A DNA stretch of 64,000 nt. Source: an uncultured virus (IMG/VR IMGVR_UViG_3300048006_000261). Lineage: Duplodnaviria; Heunggongvirae; Uroviricota; Caudoviricetes. The stretch lies in the IMG/VR virus record IMGVR_UViG_3300048006_000261. One strand, 5' to 3'. Below are positions 39,448 through 50,080 of this stretch, piece after piece. Each line of letters opens with the position of its first letter. Within the stretch, counting starts at the first letter, position 1. Position numbers and translations under genes: made by a program. The notes under the pieces were generated by a model. That model was not told the origin of the DNA and searched no databases. It worked only from the letters and a program-made list of their open reading frames with translations.

Positions 39448-39765
39448 ATGCCAAATATAACAATGACATTTCCGCACATACAAGATTCAGTACAAACTGG
39501 TGATACGGCTTATTATCAAAACACTAGTGGTACTATAGTGCAAATGGGTGCGGTTACAGCCGTTACTGAAACTAGCGTGAGTTGTAATATAGGTGGTTTA
39601 GTTACTAGACCTACTTCCAGTGACTTTATACTATTTAGTAAAGATAGTAGAGGTAACACTTCCTCAATAAGAGGTTACTTTGCTGAGGTTAAAATGAAAA
39701 ACGATGCTACCACAGCTTGTGAACTATATGATGTTGGTAGTGAAATCTTTGAATCAAGCAAATAA
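39448..39765 (+). CDS. Small tail protein
   Basis: 105-aa ORF following the stabilisation protein. Confidence 0.55.
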   Translation: MPNITMTFPHIQDSVQTGDTAYYQNTSGTIVQMGAVTAVTETSVSCNIGGLVTRPTSSDFILFSKDSRGNTSSIRGYFAEVKMKNDATTACELYDVGSEIFESSK

Positions 39766-39802
39766 TGTGTAATTATAATAATAACTTAAAACTAATAAAA
39801 AT

Positions 39803-40456
39803 ATGATAGGCGCAGCAATGGGTGCAGCACAGGGCATAATTGGAGGACTTACTGGTATAGCCGGTGGGTTAATTGGTGGAGGAAAACGAAGAAGAGAACA
39901 AAGAGCAGCTCAACAAGAATTTAACCGCAACAAAGCAAGATATGAAAACTTAGACACTAGCAATTTAGCTACTGGTCTAGAAAACGCATATGAAGACTTA
40001 ACAGTTAACACACAAGCTGCAGATTTTGCAGCTCAACAACAACAGCAAGCGTTAGCCAACACAATGGGTAGTATGCAAGGTGCAGCTGGTGGTAGTGGTA
40101 TTGCTGCTTTAGCACAAGCTATGGCTGGTCAACAATCACAAAACTTACAAAAAGCTTCAGCTAGTATTGGTATGCAAGAATCATCAAACCAGATGAAAGC
40201 AGCTCAAGGAGATATGACTGTTCAAAGCATGGAACTACAAGGTGCTCAACAATCTAGAGCTGCAGAGTTAGATAAAACAGAAACATTACTAGGTATGTCA
40301 CAACAAAGACTTGGCGCTGCTAATCAAGCTAGAGATAAAGCAACACAGTCTTTAGTGTCTGGTATAGGTAGTCTTGCGGGTGGAGTTGGAAGTGCGGTTG
40401 CAGGAGGAGAAGGAGATAGTTTTATGGGTAAATTAACATCAGGATTAGGATTTTAA
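39803..40456 (+). CDS. Probable ejection (pilot) protein
   Basis: G/A/Q-rich with glycine-zipper ends. Confidence 0.6.
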   Translation: MIGAAMGAAQGIIGGLTGIAGGLIGGGKRRREQRAAQQEFNRNKARYENLDTSNLATGLENAYEDLTVNTQAADFAAQQQQQALANTMGSMQGAAGGSGIAALAQAMAGQQSQNLQKASASIGMQESSNQMKAAQGDMTVQSMELQGAQQSRAAELDKTETLLGMSQQRLGAANQARDKATQSLVSGIGSLAGGVGSAVAGGEGDSFMGKLTSGLGF

Positions 40457-40468
40457 TATAAAAAAAAC

Positions 40469-41677
40469 ATGGCAAATCAAAACTTAATTAAAGGAGCATA
40501 TATGGGACCGCAAAACGCGGGTATAGCTGACTTATATTTAAATAGCATAGCTAAGAAACAAGGCAGGATGCCTGGTAGATATGGTGGTAATATACCTGTG
40601 CCATACGGAGCTATGCAAAAATTCTTAAATAAAAAAGTTGATACTTACATAGACAACTTACCACCTGGTTATGAAGTTGAAAAACTACCCGCGTACATGA
40701 GGCAAGGTGTTACTAATTGGTCTAAAGATATGCAGTTACAAGCTGGTAATTTCGCTAGATTAATGAAGAAAACAAAACCTGGATCTGCTGAATATATAAA
40801 CGCTAACTCTATGTTTAATGATGTAAAAAATCAATTTAAAAATATAAGCTCAAATTTAGATCAGTTTAAAGCTTCTAAAACAGAATTTTTAAAAGACTAT
40901 GATAGTAAAACAATATCAGAAGGAGCTAACACAGATCAATTAAAATTACTTTATTCAGGTCAGCCTAGCTACAGTTTAATAAATGGTCAAGTAAAATATC
41001 AACTTGAAGACGGAAGCATGGTAGACGGCAATAACCTACCTAAGTATTTTAACAAAAATTCTGATGGCGCTAATAAATTAATGCAACTTAACGAATCATC
41101 TTATAATTCTGGAACACAATGGGACGATTATCAAAGATCAATGTATGAAAGAAAAGTTAGAAATATTGTACAAGAAAAAGGTAGAGAGGGTTTACTATCT
41201 TTAGCAACAGATAACTTCTTAGATGAGCCTATAATAAGTAAGGATCAGCCAGAAAGTTGGTTGTTACAAGAAGAAAATCACGATCAACTTCAACAATACG
41301 TTATAGACAAATATGTTAACGGTATGGAGGAAGCTGCTAACAATGGTTATCAAAAAAAGAAATCAAAAACATCGACAAGTGGCGGAGGTAATGCTCAAGG
41401 AGCTTTAACTTCTGTAGAATATAGAGATCAATACTGGGGAAGTGGTAATTTAAATATGATTACAAATGAACCAGGTTGGCCAACTACACATGAGGTTGTT
41501 GACAATGGAGATGGAACTTTTGATGTTGTATATAGATCTAGAGATAACGCACCTATAAAAGTTTTAGGAAAAAATTTAGACCCAACAAACCCAGATCATA
41601 AAAGATATTGGGACAATATAATTGGTGGTGGAAACACCACGGCATCATCATCTAGTATAGATCCAAACTCAATATAA
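40469..41677 (+). CDS. Probable ejection/internal virion protein
   Basis: 402 aa, helical, lies between the pilot and the giant protein. Confidence 0.55.
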   Translation: MANQNLIKGAYMGPQNAGIADLYLNSIAKKQGRMPGRYGGNIPVPYGAMQKFLNKKVDTYIDNLPPGYEVEKLPAYMRQGVTNWSKDMQLQAGNFARLMKKTKPGSAEYINANSMFNDVKNQFKNISSNLDQFKASKTEFLKDYDSKTISEGANTDQLKLLYSGQPSYSLINGQVKYQLEDGSMVDGNNLPKYFNKNSDGANKLMQLNESSYNSGTQWDDYQRSMYERKVRNIVQEKGREGLLSLATDNFLDEPIISKDQPESWLLQEENHDQLQQYVIDKYVNGMEEAANNGYQKKKSKTSTSGGGNAQGALTSVEYRDQYWGSGNLNMITNEPGWPTTHEVVDNGDGTFDVVYRSRDNAPIKVLGKNLDPTNPDHKRYWDNIIGGGNTTASSSSIDPNSI

Positions 41678-41678
41678 T

Positions 41679-44600
41679 ATGGAAGAACTTTATAGACAAC
41701 TATATGCTAAGTATAGTCCAGGTCTAAGTCAAGAAGAGTTGAATTCTAAACTTCAATATGCTTCTGAACAAGATCCAGGAGAGTTTATTAATGCGTTTTA
41801 TCAAAAATACACAGGCTCAGGTCCGAGCGAAGAACAAGCAAACTACATATCGAACTATATTAATCAACCTGAAGAACCTTCTAATAGGGAAAAAATTATA
41901 GAGATGGAAAAGGAGCCAAGCTTCTGGGATCTTTATAATCCTTTTTCAAAAGCTGATAAGATAAAATCTATGAACGATGCTTTAATTGACATAGATGGTG
42001 AGTATAATCAAAATGAAATAAATGAGATAATTGCTCAAAACGATAAATATAGACCTATAGCCGATTATACTAAAGATTTTCAAAAAGATATAGAAGATAA
42101 AAGAAGAAAATTTAGATTAGAAAACGGAGAAGAGCCAAATATGTTTGAAGACACAGCTATGGCTTTTCAAGCTTTTGGTAATAATCCAAAACAAGCTTTG
42201 TTAACAACGTATGAGTCTTTAATTCAAAACCCTATATCTTTATTTTCTGGTGACAAAAGAGCTTTAACAATGAGTGCTGTTGTTGCTGGGGCAAATGCTA
42301 TGAGAAAACAAAGAACATTAAGTGGTAAAATTGGTAGTTTTGCTGGAAGTATGTATGCACTTGCTCAAGGTCAAGTTGATTCTGCTTACGCTTTAGATGA
42401 ACTACTAGTTGAAGAGTTGGGCCAAGGTTATAGCGGCGAAGATTTAAAAGCTTTAATGGAGGACAAAGATAGATTTCAACAACTAAGATTAGCCGCTCTT
42501 GGTAAAGGTGCTACTACAGCAGCTGTTGATAAGCTAGGTGTTAAACTAAGTGTTAATAGATTTGGTAAAGCAAATACGGCTGTGCAAAAAGCAACTGGTA
42601 GTAAAGTGTTAGGTATCGGCGCTGGATTTGGAGCTGCTATTGGCACTGAAGGTACACTTGGTGCTGTTGCTGAAGCTACTGGTTCTGTTGCTAAAGATGT
42701 TATAGCTGGTAAAACATTAGATGAAGCCATAAGCAGTATAGATGGTGTTGAACTTGCTGGTGAATTTTTAGGTGAAGGTGTTGTTGGTGGACCAATAGCA
42801 TTAAGCCAAGCATTTAATGATATAGGTACTTCTCAATATACTTTAAACGGTAAAGAACATAGCCAAGCAGATTTCATGAATCTAACAGGTGCTATGACAG
42901 ACGAACAATTAGCTCAAATAACTTTTGATGTTAAAAACAACAGTTCCATATTAGAAGGCTTAGAAGCTAGAAGAAAAGATGGTGTTATAAAAAATAACCT
43001 AGATACTAGAGTTACTGATGAAGGTGATAGAACAAAACTTTTTGAATTAGAAAAAGAATTACAAGGTTTAGAATCAAAAGGCTCAGTAACACAATCTCAA
43101 AAAAATCAGATAAGCAACAAGAAAGCTGAGATAAAAGACATAACTAATAGTTATTTTGAAAGAAACAAACAATTAGAAGAAAATAAAAAAGCCACAGAGC
43201 AAGCTCAAGTTAAACAAGTGTTAGGTGCTGACATAGCTGAAGGCATGGGTGGTAAAACAGAAATTTTATCACAAGAAGAAATTAAAAATAAATATGGAGA
43301 TGAAGCATCTAATGGTGCTGGTTTTATAACTGAAGATGGTAAAGCTGTATTAAACAAAGACGTATCATTAAATAATGGCATGTTAAACGTTGCTGCTCAC
43401 GAGTTTATTCATCAAGCTTTAAACGCTAGATTAAATAACAAAGCAACTAGCGCTGTAGCACAAAAAGCTATAGAAAAGTTTAAACAAAACATGTCTAAGA
43501 ATAACGCTGATATTCACGCTCAAGTTTTAGACCAGTTTAAAAAACGTAAATACACTAATGAAGAAGTTACTGGTGTAAACTCAGATGAGTACTTGGCTCA
43601 GCTAGCAGATCTAATGTCAAAGGATAAAAGTATAGCTAGAAAAATACAAGGCAAAGGTAGAATAGAATCTTTTATAGACAATGTTAAAGATCTTATATCA
43701 GAAGCATTAGGTATACCTAAAGCAGAGCTTAACTTTGAAACAGCAGATGACGTTACAAACTTTATGATAGCTCACAACAAAGCTTTCGCTAATAAAAAAG
43801 CAGATAAAAGATTTAAAAAGTTCACTAGTGAAAAACTAGCAACGACAGGTAAGAGAAAATTTAGTAAAGTAAACTTAGATCAAGATGCTGATCCTGGTCC
43901 TATAGTAGATGCTTTAACTAAAGGTGCTAAAACAAAAGCTGAGTTTCAAAGTGCTAACGGTGGGTTTGGACAAGTGTATGAAGCTATAATAGATGGTGAC
44001 TTTGATAAGCTATTTGGATCTGGTCTAAATAAGCAACAAAAAGATTTAGCAAGAGAAGAATTAGCAAATAGATTAGTTAACTATGATCCATCTAAAACAC
44101 CTAGTTTATATAAATGGTTTGGTAGTAACATAGTATACGCTAAAAGAGAAGCTAACAAAGCTTTAGCTATAGAAGCTAAAAAAGATAAACAGACTAAAAG
44201 TATCGATCAAGCTAAGAAAAACGCTGAGGGTGATTCTTTTGCTACTCAAATAGAAGACACCACAGAGTTAACTCCTGATGAAATACTAGATTTAAAACTA
44301 GCAGAAGAAAGAAAAGCTAAACAAGCTCCTGTAAAAGTCAAAGAAACATTAAGAAGAAAGATGGGCTTTGAAAGAGATGGTAAAGTTCACAATAGAATTA
44401 AAAAAGCTATTAAAACAAATATTCTTAGAAAAATGATGGTTACAAGATCAGCATTGAAAAAAGATATAGCTACTGGTCAATACAAGAAAGGTGATAAAAT
44501 AACTGAAGCTGTAGATATAACAGATTTAAGATGGCAAAAAGAAATAAGTAGAGCATTAGGTTTAGACTTACAAGAAACTATGTATGAAGTTATGGGTAGA

Positions 44601-47600
44601 AGTACTGTAGATTATACTAACTTTTTAGATCAATTTATAGAAGAAGCTTTTGAAATGATGGATCAAAACTTAATAAACAATAGATACAAAGATCTCGTTG
44701 TTAAAGTTATTGATAGACAAGGCTCAAAACAATCATCATTAGATAAAAAAGTTAAAAGCAAAACAGCTGGTAATGCTAAATTTGAAAAAGTACCAAAAAC
44801 TAAAGAAGAATTAATACAATATTTTTTAAAACGTGGTAGAAAAGAAAGTTTAGCTCAAGTACTAGCTATAGAGTTTGCTCACGATGCTACTATGGAAGTT
44901 TTAGCTGAACCAGAAATAATGAGTAAAGCTGAGCAAGTACTAGTTAATAAAGGTAACTTTAAAAATCAAGCACTAAGATCTATTATAGGTAAACAAATAG
45001 GTAGAGACCCAGATTTAAAGTTTAGTAAGGTTGATGGTACTAAAATTGTTGAGAAGTTAAATAAAGATAATCTTGACGTAACTAAAGCTAATGTAAAAAA
45101 TACTATCGCATCTTTGTTACCTGACGAAACAAAAGCAGAAATACAGAGATTAACAAACGATATATATAACCCTATAAAAAGATTTATAGAAAAAGTTATT
45201 GGAGAAGACAAAGGTGTAAACATAAATGTAGATGAATTTTTAAAGGCTGATAAGCAGTTAAAAATTACTGACGCAGAATTTTCGAATAGCTTGCTAAAGC
45301 TGTTTACAGGTGAAACCGGTAAGATGCAAACCTATTATGATCCAGGTTCAGCAACAGTTACTAAAGGTAGAACAGCAACAGTTGACTACTTACACAGTAA
45401 GTTTAAGCCTGATATGAGCGAAGCAGAAGTTAAAGCAGCTATAAAAATCCTTGGTTTACATAGAAAACATAATACATCAGCTGGTGTAAATAAACAAAGA
45501 GCGGCTAGATACTATCAGTTCTTTTATGGATCTCAAGATTTTAACGAAACTGTTGTTAAGCCTTTAGAAAAATACGGTATAACTTACGCTGAAAATATTT
45601 CATATAAAAAAGATGGTGAAGTTAATTCTGTAGTTACTAAATACTTTTTTGATGGTAAAGAAATACAAACCTTAACAGCTCCATCTACATCTACGCTTGA
45701 TGGTAAAAGAAAAACAGCAAAACAAAGGTTTCAAGATAATTACAAAAAACAATTTGAATACACTGATCCAGCTTGGAATGAAGCAAATTCTTACATTAAG
45801 TATATAGTTAAATCAAAAAAAATAGATCCAGTAGTTAAAGCAATGCTAGCGACAACTATGAAACAAGATATGCAAGGATTATTTAAGTCCGCTGCGCCTG
45901 TAGAGTTTTTCTTTGAGGGAAAACACAAGGGTCCTAGAACATACGAACACATGCTGGCAACTCAATTTGCATTAACTAGATTAGTATTGTTTTACGATGG
46001 TAAAAGTAAGCTTACACCAGATCAGTTAAAAGCAAAATACAAAGTAGCTATTATACCTAAGGTTATGGACGATAATATAAACATACAGTTCAGACAAGGT
46101 ACTATAGCTGATATAGTTAAAGATCCTATAGATAAGAGATATTATAATCCAGCAACTTGGGGTTATAAAAATATTTTTGCTATAAAATCATTAAATCCTA
46201 AAAAGCCAGAGGTTCTTGGTCAAGGTTGGGTTTTAACAGATGCTCAAGCTTCTAAAATAGCTACACCACAAGAGAGAGCTTTAATGATGGCTAAAGATAA
46301 TGTTATAGCTAAATTCTCTAAGGTTGAAAAAGGTATGAGCATATTTGATTTTGATGACACGTTAGCTCAGTCAAATAGTAAGGTGGGTGTTACGATGCCT
46401 AACGGTAAAAAGAGAAAAATCACTGCCACTGAGTTTGCTGTTGAATCTGCTGACTTAGAAGCTGCTGGAGCTGCATTTGATTTTAGTGAGTTTAATAAAG
46501 TTATTGATGGTAAGAAAGGACCTTTCTTTGACTTAGCTCAACAAATAAACAGTAAGTTTGGTAATAAAGATATATATGTACTAACAGCAAGACCACAAGA
46601 AGCCGCTTACGCAATACATGCGTTTTTAAAAGGTATGGGATTAAATATACCTATAGAAAATATAACTGGTTTAGAAGATGGTAAAGCATCCGCTAAAGCC
46701 AACTGGGTTGTAAATAAAATAAACAGTGGTTACAATAACATATTATTTGCTGATGATGCAATAAAAAACGTACAAGCTGTAAAAGAAGTTTTAGAAGCTG
46801 CTAATGTTAAAAATGATGTTAAGCTAGCTCAAGTTAAATTTAGTAAAACACTAGATGAAAACTTTAACACTATATTAGAAAGAAAATCTGGTATTAATAA
46901 AAATGAAGAATATAGTAGAGCAGCTGGTAAAGCAGCTGGATTAGGTAAAGGTAAGTATAAATTCTGGATGCCACCTTCAGCTGAAGACTTTGTAGGTCTA
47001 ATGTACAATATGCTACCTGAAGGTAAAGCTGGAGAAAAATCTTTTAAATTCTTTACACAAGCTTTAATAGATCCATACTGGGCAGGTGTAAGATCATTAA
47101 ACGCGGCTAAGCAAGCTTTAGGTAATGACTTTTATGCTTTAAAGAAAAGATTTCCAAAAGCTTTCAGATCATTATTAAAAGATGTAGGCTATAAACAATA
47201 TTCAAACGAACAAGCCATAAGAGTTTATTTATGGAATAAAGCTGGTTTTGAAATACCAGGTATGTCTAAAGTTGATATAGAGAAGTTATCTGATATAGTA
47301 AGAAACAATCACAACATGAGAGGTTTTGCTGATCTTGTTGGCGCTACAACTAAACTAGAAGAAGGTTATATAAAACCTGGTCAAGACTGGGTTAGTGGTA
47401 CCATAGCTTATGATTACTTTAGTATAGCTCAAAAAACAAATAGAAAAAAGTATTTAGCTAATTGGATAGAAAGAAAAAATGAAATATTTTCTGAAAAGAA
47501 CATGAATAAAATTGAAGCTATATATGGTGAAGATTATAGAAGTGCTTTAGAAGATATATTATGGAGAATGGAAAATGGTACGAACAGAACCACCGGTAAA

Positions 47601-48872
47601 AACAAACTAGTTAATAGTTGGATGAATTGGGTTAATAATTCTGTTGGTGCTATAATGTTCTTTAACAGTAGATCAGCTATACTTCAGACAATATCTATGA
47701 TAAACTTTATAAATTGGTCTGATAATAATCCATTAAAAGCTGGTATGGCTTTTGCTAATCAACCACAGTTTTGGTCTGATTTTAGTATGATATTTAATTC
47801 AGACATGCTAAAACAAAGAAGAGCTGGATTACAGAGTGATGTTAACGAGGCTGAGATAGCTCAAGCTGTCGCTGGTAAAACAGATAAAGCTTCTGCAGCT
47901 ATATCTTATTTATTGAAAAAAGGTTTCTTACCTACACAGATGGCGGATAGCTTCGCAATATCAATGGGTGGTGCTAGTTTTTATAGAAATAGATTTAATA
48001 CATATAAGAGTCAAGGTATGACTGAAGCACAAGCTAAAGATAAAGCTTTTGCTGATTTTGCTAAAACATCTGAAGAATCACAACAATCTGCTGATCCTGC
48101 TTTAATATCACAACAACAAGCTGGACCGCTTGGTAGACTAGTACTTGCGTTTCAAAACACACCAATGCAGTATGCTAGGTTAATTAAAAAAGCTGTTCTA
48201 GACATTAAAAATGGTCGTGGAGATGTAAAGACTAATATATCCAAAATACTATATTATGGTGTATTACAAAATATAATATTTTCCACTTTACAATCTGGTT
48301 TATTTGCATTAGCTTTTGATGATGAAGAAGATGAAGAGCTAACACAAAAACTAGAGAACAAAAAGCTAAGAGCGTTAAACACTTCTCTTGATAGTTTACT
48401 AAGAGGTGGTGGTGTATACGGCGCTGGTATATCTACTATAAAAAACATGATACTTCAATTTAATGCTCAAAATGATAAAGGTTATAGAGCAGACCACGCT
48501 TATACAATGATTGAAGCTGTCAACTTGTCTCCTCCGATTGGTAGTAAGATTAGAAAAATTTACTCAGCTACACAAACATATAAGTTTAATAAAAAGATTA
48601 TACCTCAAATGGGTATGGGTATTGATAACCCAGCTTATTTAGCTATAGCCAATATAGTATCTGCTACTACAAACGTACCTTTAGATAGAGCTATAATGAA
48701 ATTAAACAACTTAAGAGCTGCTGCTGATTCACAAAATCAAGCTTGGCAAAGAGTTGCTACGTTTTTAGGTTGGAACACTTGGGATGTTGGTGTTAAAAAC
48801 ACCGCTGTTGAAAAAGCTAAAGCTAAAAATAAAAAATCATCTAGTAAACGAAAAACTAAATACAGAAAATAA
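41679..48872 (+). CDS. Giant multidomain ejection (polyvalent) protein with zincin, sigma70-like and HAD domains
   Basis: HEFIH...EYLA; NYDPSK..SLYKW and SID...IEDTT; IFDFDDT/LTARP/FADD; repeated KFSK(V/T) linkers. Confidence 0.75.
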   Translation: MEELYRQLYAKYSPGLSQEELNSKLQYASEQDPGEFINAFYQKYTGSGPSEEQANYISNYINQPEEPSNREKIIEMEKEPSFWDLYNPFSKADKIKSMNDALIDIDGEYNQNEINEIIAQNDKYRPIADYTKDFQKDIEDKRRKFRLENGEEPNMFEDTAMAFQAFGNNPKQALLTTYESLIQNPISLFSGDKRALTMSAVVAGANAMRKQRTLSGKIGSFAGSMYALAQGQVDSAYALDELLVEELGQGYSGEDLKALMEDKDRFQQLRLAALGKGATTAAVDKLGVKLSVNRFGKANTAVQKATGSKVLGIGAGFGAAIGTEGTLGAVAEATGSVAKDVIAGKTLDEAISSIDGVELAGEFLGEGVVGGPIALSQAFNDIGTSQYTLNGKEHSQADFMNLTGAMTDEQLAQITFDVKNNSSILEGLEARRKDGVIKNNLDTRVTDEGDRTKLFELEKELQGLESKGSVTQSQKNQISNKKAEIKDITNSYFERNKQLEENKKATEQAQVKQVLGADIAEGMGGKTEILSQEEIKNKYGDEASNGAGFITEDGKAVLNKDVSLNNGMLNVAAHEFIHQALNARLNNKATSAVAQKAIEKFKQNMSKNNADIHAQVLDQFKKRKYTNEEVTGVNSDEYLAQLADLMSKDKSIARKIQGKGRIESFIDNVKDLISEALGIPKAELNFETADDVTNFMIAHNKAFANKKADKRFKKFTSEKLATTGKRKFSKVNLDQDADPGPIVDALTKGAKTKAEFQSANGGFGQVYEAIIDGDFDKLFGSGLNKQQKDLAREELANRLVNYDPSKTPSLYKWFGSNIVYAKREANKALAIEAKKDKQTKSIDQAKKNAEGDSFATQIEDTTELTPDEILDLKLAEERKAKQAPVKVKETLRRKMGFERDGKVHNRIKKAIKTNILRKMMVTRSALKKDIATGQYKKGDKITEAVDITDLRWQKEISRALGLDLQETMYEVMGRSTVDYTNFLDQFIEEAFEMMDQNLINNRYKDLVVKVIDRQGSKQSSLDKKVKSKTAGNAKFEKVPKTKEELIQYFLKRGRKESLAQVLAIEFAHDATMEVLAEPEIMSKAEQVLVNKGNFKNQALRSIIGKQIGRDPDLKFSKVDGTKIVEKLNKDNLDVTKANVKNTIASLLPDETKAEIQRLTNDIYNPIKRFIEKVIGEDKGVNINVDEFLKADKQLKITDAEFSNSLLKLFTGETGKMQTYYDPGSATVTKGRTATVDYLHSKFKPDMSEAEVKAAIKILGLHRKHNTSAGVNKQRAARYYQFFYGSQDFNETVVKPLEKYGITYAENISYKKDGEVNSVVTKYFFDGKEIQTLTAPSTSTLDGKRKTAKQRFQDNYKKQFEYTDPAWNEANSYIKYIVKSKKIDPVVKAMLATTMKQDMQGLFKSAAPVEFFFEGKHKGPRTYEHMLATQFALTRLVLFYDGKSKLTPDQLKAKYKVAIIPKVMDDNINIQFRQGTIADIVKDPIDKRYYNPATWGYKNIFAIKSLNPKKPEVLGQGWVLTDAQASKIATPQERALMMAKDNVIAKFSKVEKGMSIFDFDDTLAQSNSKVGVTMPNGKKRKITATEFAVESADLEAAGAAFDFSEFNKVIDGKKGPFFDLAQQINSKFGNKDIYVLTARPQEAAYAIHAFLKGMGLNIPIENITGLEDGKASAKANWVVNKINSGYNNILFADDAIKNVQAVKEVLEAANVKNDVKLAQVKFSKTLDENFNTILERKSGINKNEEYSRAAGKAAGLGKGKYKFWMPPSAEDFVGLMYNMLPEGKAGEKSFKFFTQALIDPYWAGVRSLNAAKQALGNDFYALKKRFPKAFRSLLKDVGYKQYSNEQAIRVYLWNKAGFEIPGMSKVDIEKLSDIVRNNHNMRGFADLVGATTKLEEGYIKPGQDWVSGTIAYDYFSIAQKTNRKKYLANWIERKNEIFSEKNMNKIEAIYGEDYRSALEDILWRMENGTNRTTGKNKLVNSWMNWVNNSVGAIMFFNSRSAILQTISMINFINWSDNNPLKAGMAFANQPQFWSDFSMIFNSDMLKQRRAGLQSDVNEAEIAQAVAGKTDKASAAISYLLKKGFLPTQMADSFAISMGGASFYRNRFNTYKSQGMTEAQAKDKAFADFAKTSEESQQSADPALISQQQAGPLGRLVLAFQNTPMQYARLIKKAVLDIKNGRGDVKTNISKILYYGVLQNIIFSTLQSGLFALAFDDEEDEELTQKLENKKLRALNTSLDSLLRGGGVYGAGISTIKNMILQFNAQNDKGYRADHAYTMIEAVNLSPPIGSKIRKIYSATQTYKFNKKIIPQMGMGIDNPAYLAIANIVSATTNVPLDRAIMKLNNLRAAADSQNQAWQRVATFLGWNTWDVGVKNTAVEKAKAKNKKSSSKRKTKYRK

Positions 48873-48874
48873 CT

Positions 48875-50080
48875 ATGAGAAAACTAATAACTATAATAGC
48901 ATTACTTGTGTATAGCAACATAAGCGGACAGTTTTTAAAAGAAGTTTATAAAGACTTTTTAAAATACGGTACGGTGTATGTGGCTGGAGACGTAAATAAT
49001 CCTCAAATGGAGGTTAAAGAATATTTTGTTAGAACAGATCCTCAGGATTTTTATGGTATACCAGATGTTATAGACGAAACAACGTACCACCCTTATGATT
49101 ATAGGTTTGGTTTTGGTATACGTAAATTAGCTAGATTTGGTTACGAAAATAAACCAGGTAATTTTTGGACAGGTGATGCAGACATTGAAAAACAAACAGC
49201 TTTATCAGCACCAACATCAGCTGTTAAAGGTTTAGAGTATTTGTTACATTGGGAAAAAGAAAGACAAAACGGTGATGAGTTTACTAATAAAAGATTATTT
49301 GTAAGACATACTGGTAAATATCACATCGCTAAATTTGAATCAAGAGAATCAGGTAACGTAGGTTTTGAGTATACTTCTGGTGAGATAAGAGCTAGATTAC
49401 CTATTGGTAAAAAATTAAGTATATCCGCAGGTGCAATATATAGAACGCATCAACAACCTTACGGATATAATCCAATTGAAATATGGTTAAACGAAACTGA
49501 AATGTATACGGATCCTAATACGGGTCAAGAATTTGAATACCCAGCTAACCCTTGGTATTCGCTAGGTTTTTTATATGGTTATGACGATATATACTATTCG
49601 TCTAACGACGAAAATGGTAACTCAACTTCTGATTGGTATTGGGTTGATGGTGACGGTAGTATAGTTGCTTATACGGATTTACAGTTTAGAGACGAAGTAT
49701 TTGGTGATTTAATGAACAGATTTAACAATGAAGCTTGGGACGAATTAGAGCCATTTGCAGAAATTGCCCCTATTGTCGGAATTGATTTTTACCACTATAA
49801 ATCTAATTTTTGGTTACATGCTTACGCTAACTACATATTACCTTATCATAAGTATGTTAAAGGTAATGTAGATTTTAGTTATTTACATCGTAATAGTTGG
49901 GGTAAAGGTGGTCACAACAATCAACTTGCGGGAGAGCAATGGGACGATTATCAAGCTGGTTTAATGTTTGGTTGGAAAGTTAGTAAATCAATAGGTGTAT
50001 TCATAGAAGGTGAATATACTAAGTTTTGGGATAGTGAAATATATAACAGTAGCGTTGGACTTAATTTTACATTTAAATAA
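48875..50080 (+). CDS. Putative outer-membrane beta-barrel protein
   Basis: Signal peptide, aromatic-rich amphipathic strands, C-terminal VGLNFTFK. Confidence 0.65.
   Translation: MRKLITIIALLVYSNISGQFLKEVYKDFLKYGTVYVAGDVNNPQMEVKEYFVRTDPQDFYGIPDVIDETTYHPYDYRFGFGIRKLARFGYENKPGNFWTGDADIEKQTALSAPTSAVKGLEYLLHWEKERQNGDEFTNKRLFVRHTGKYHIAKFESRESGNVGFEYTSGEIRARLPIGKKLSISAGAIYRTHQQPYGYNPIEIWLNETEMYTDPNTGQEFEYPANPWYSLGFLYGYDDIYYSSNDENGNSTSDWYWVDGDGSIVAYTDLQFRDEVFGDLMNRFNNEAWDELEPFAEIAPIVGIDFYHYKSNFWLHAYANYILPYHKYVKGNVDFSYLHRNSWGKGGHNNQLAGEQWDDYQAGLMFGWKVSKSIGVFIEGEYTKFWDSEIYNSSVGLNFTFK

Noticed and set aside
46341..46361. FDFDD as a crAss-like RNA polymerase DxDxD motif
   Set aside because: It reads DFDDT and is followed by HAD motifs II-IV.
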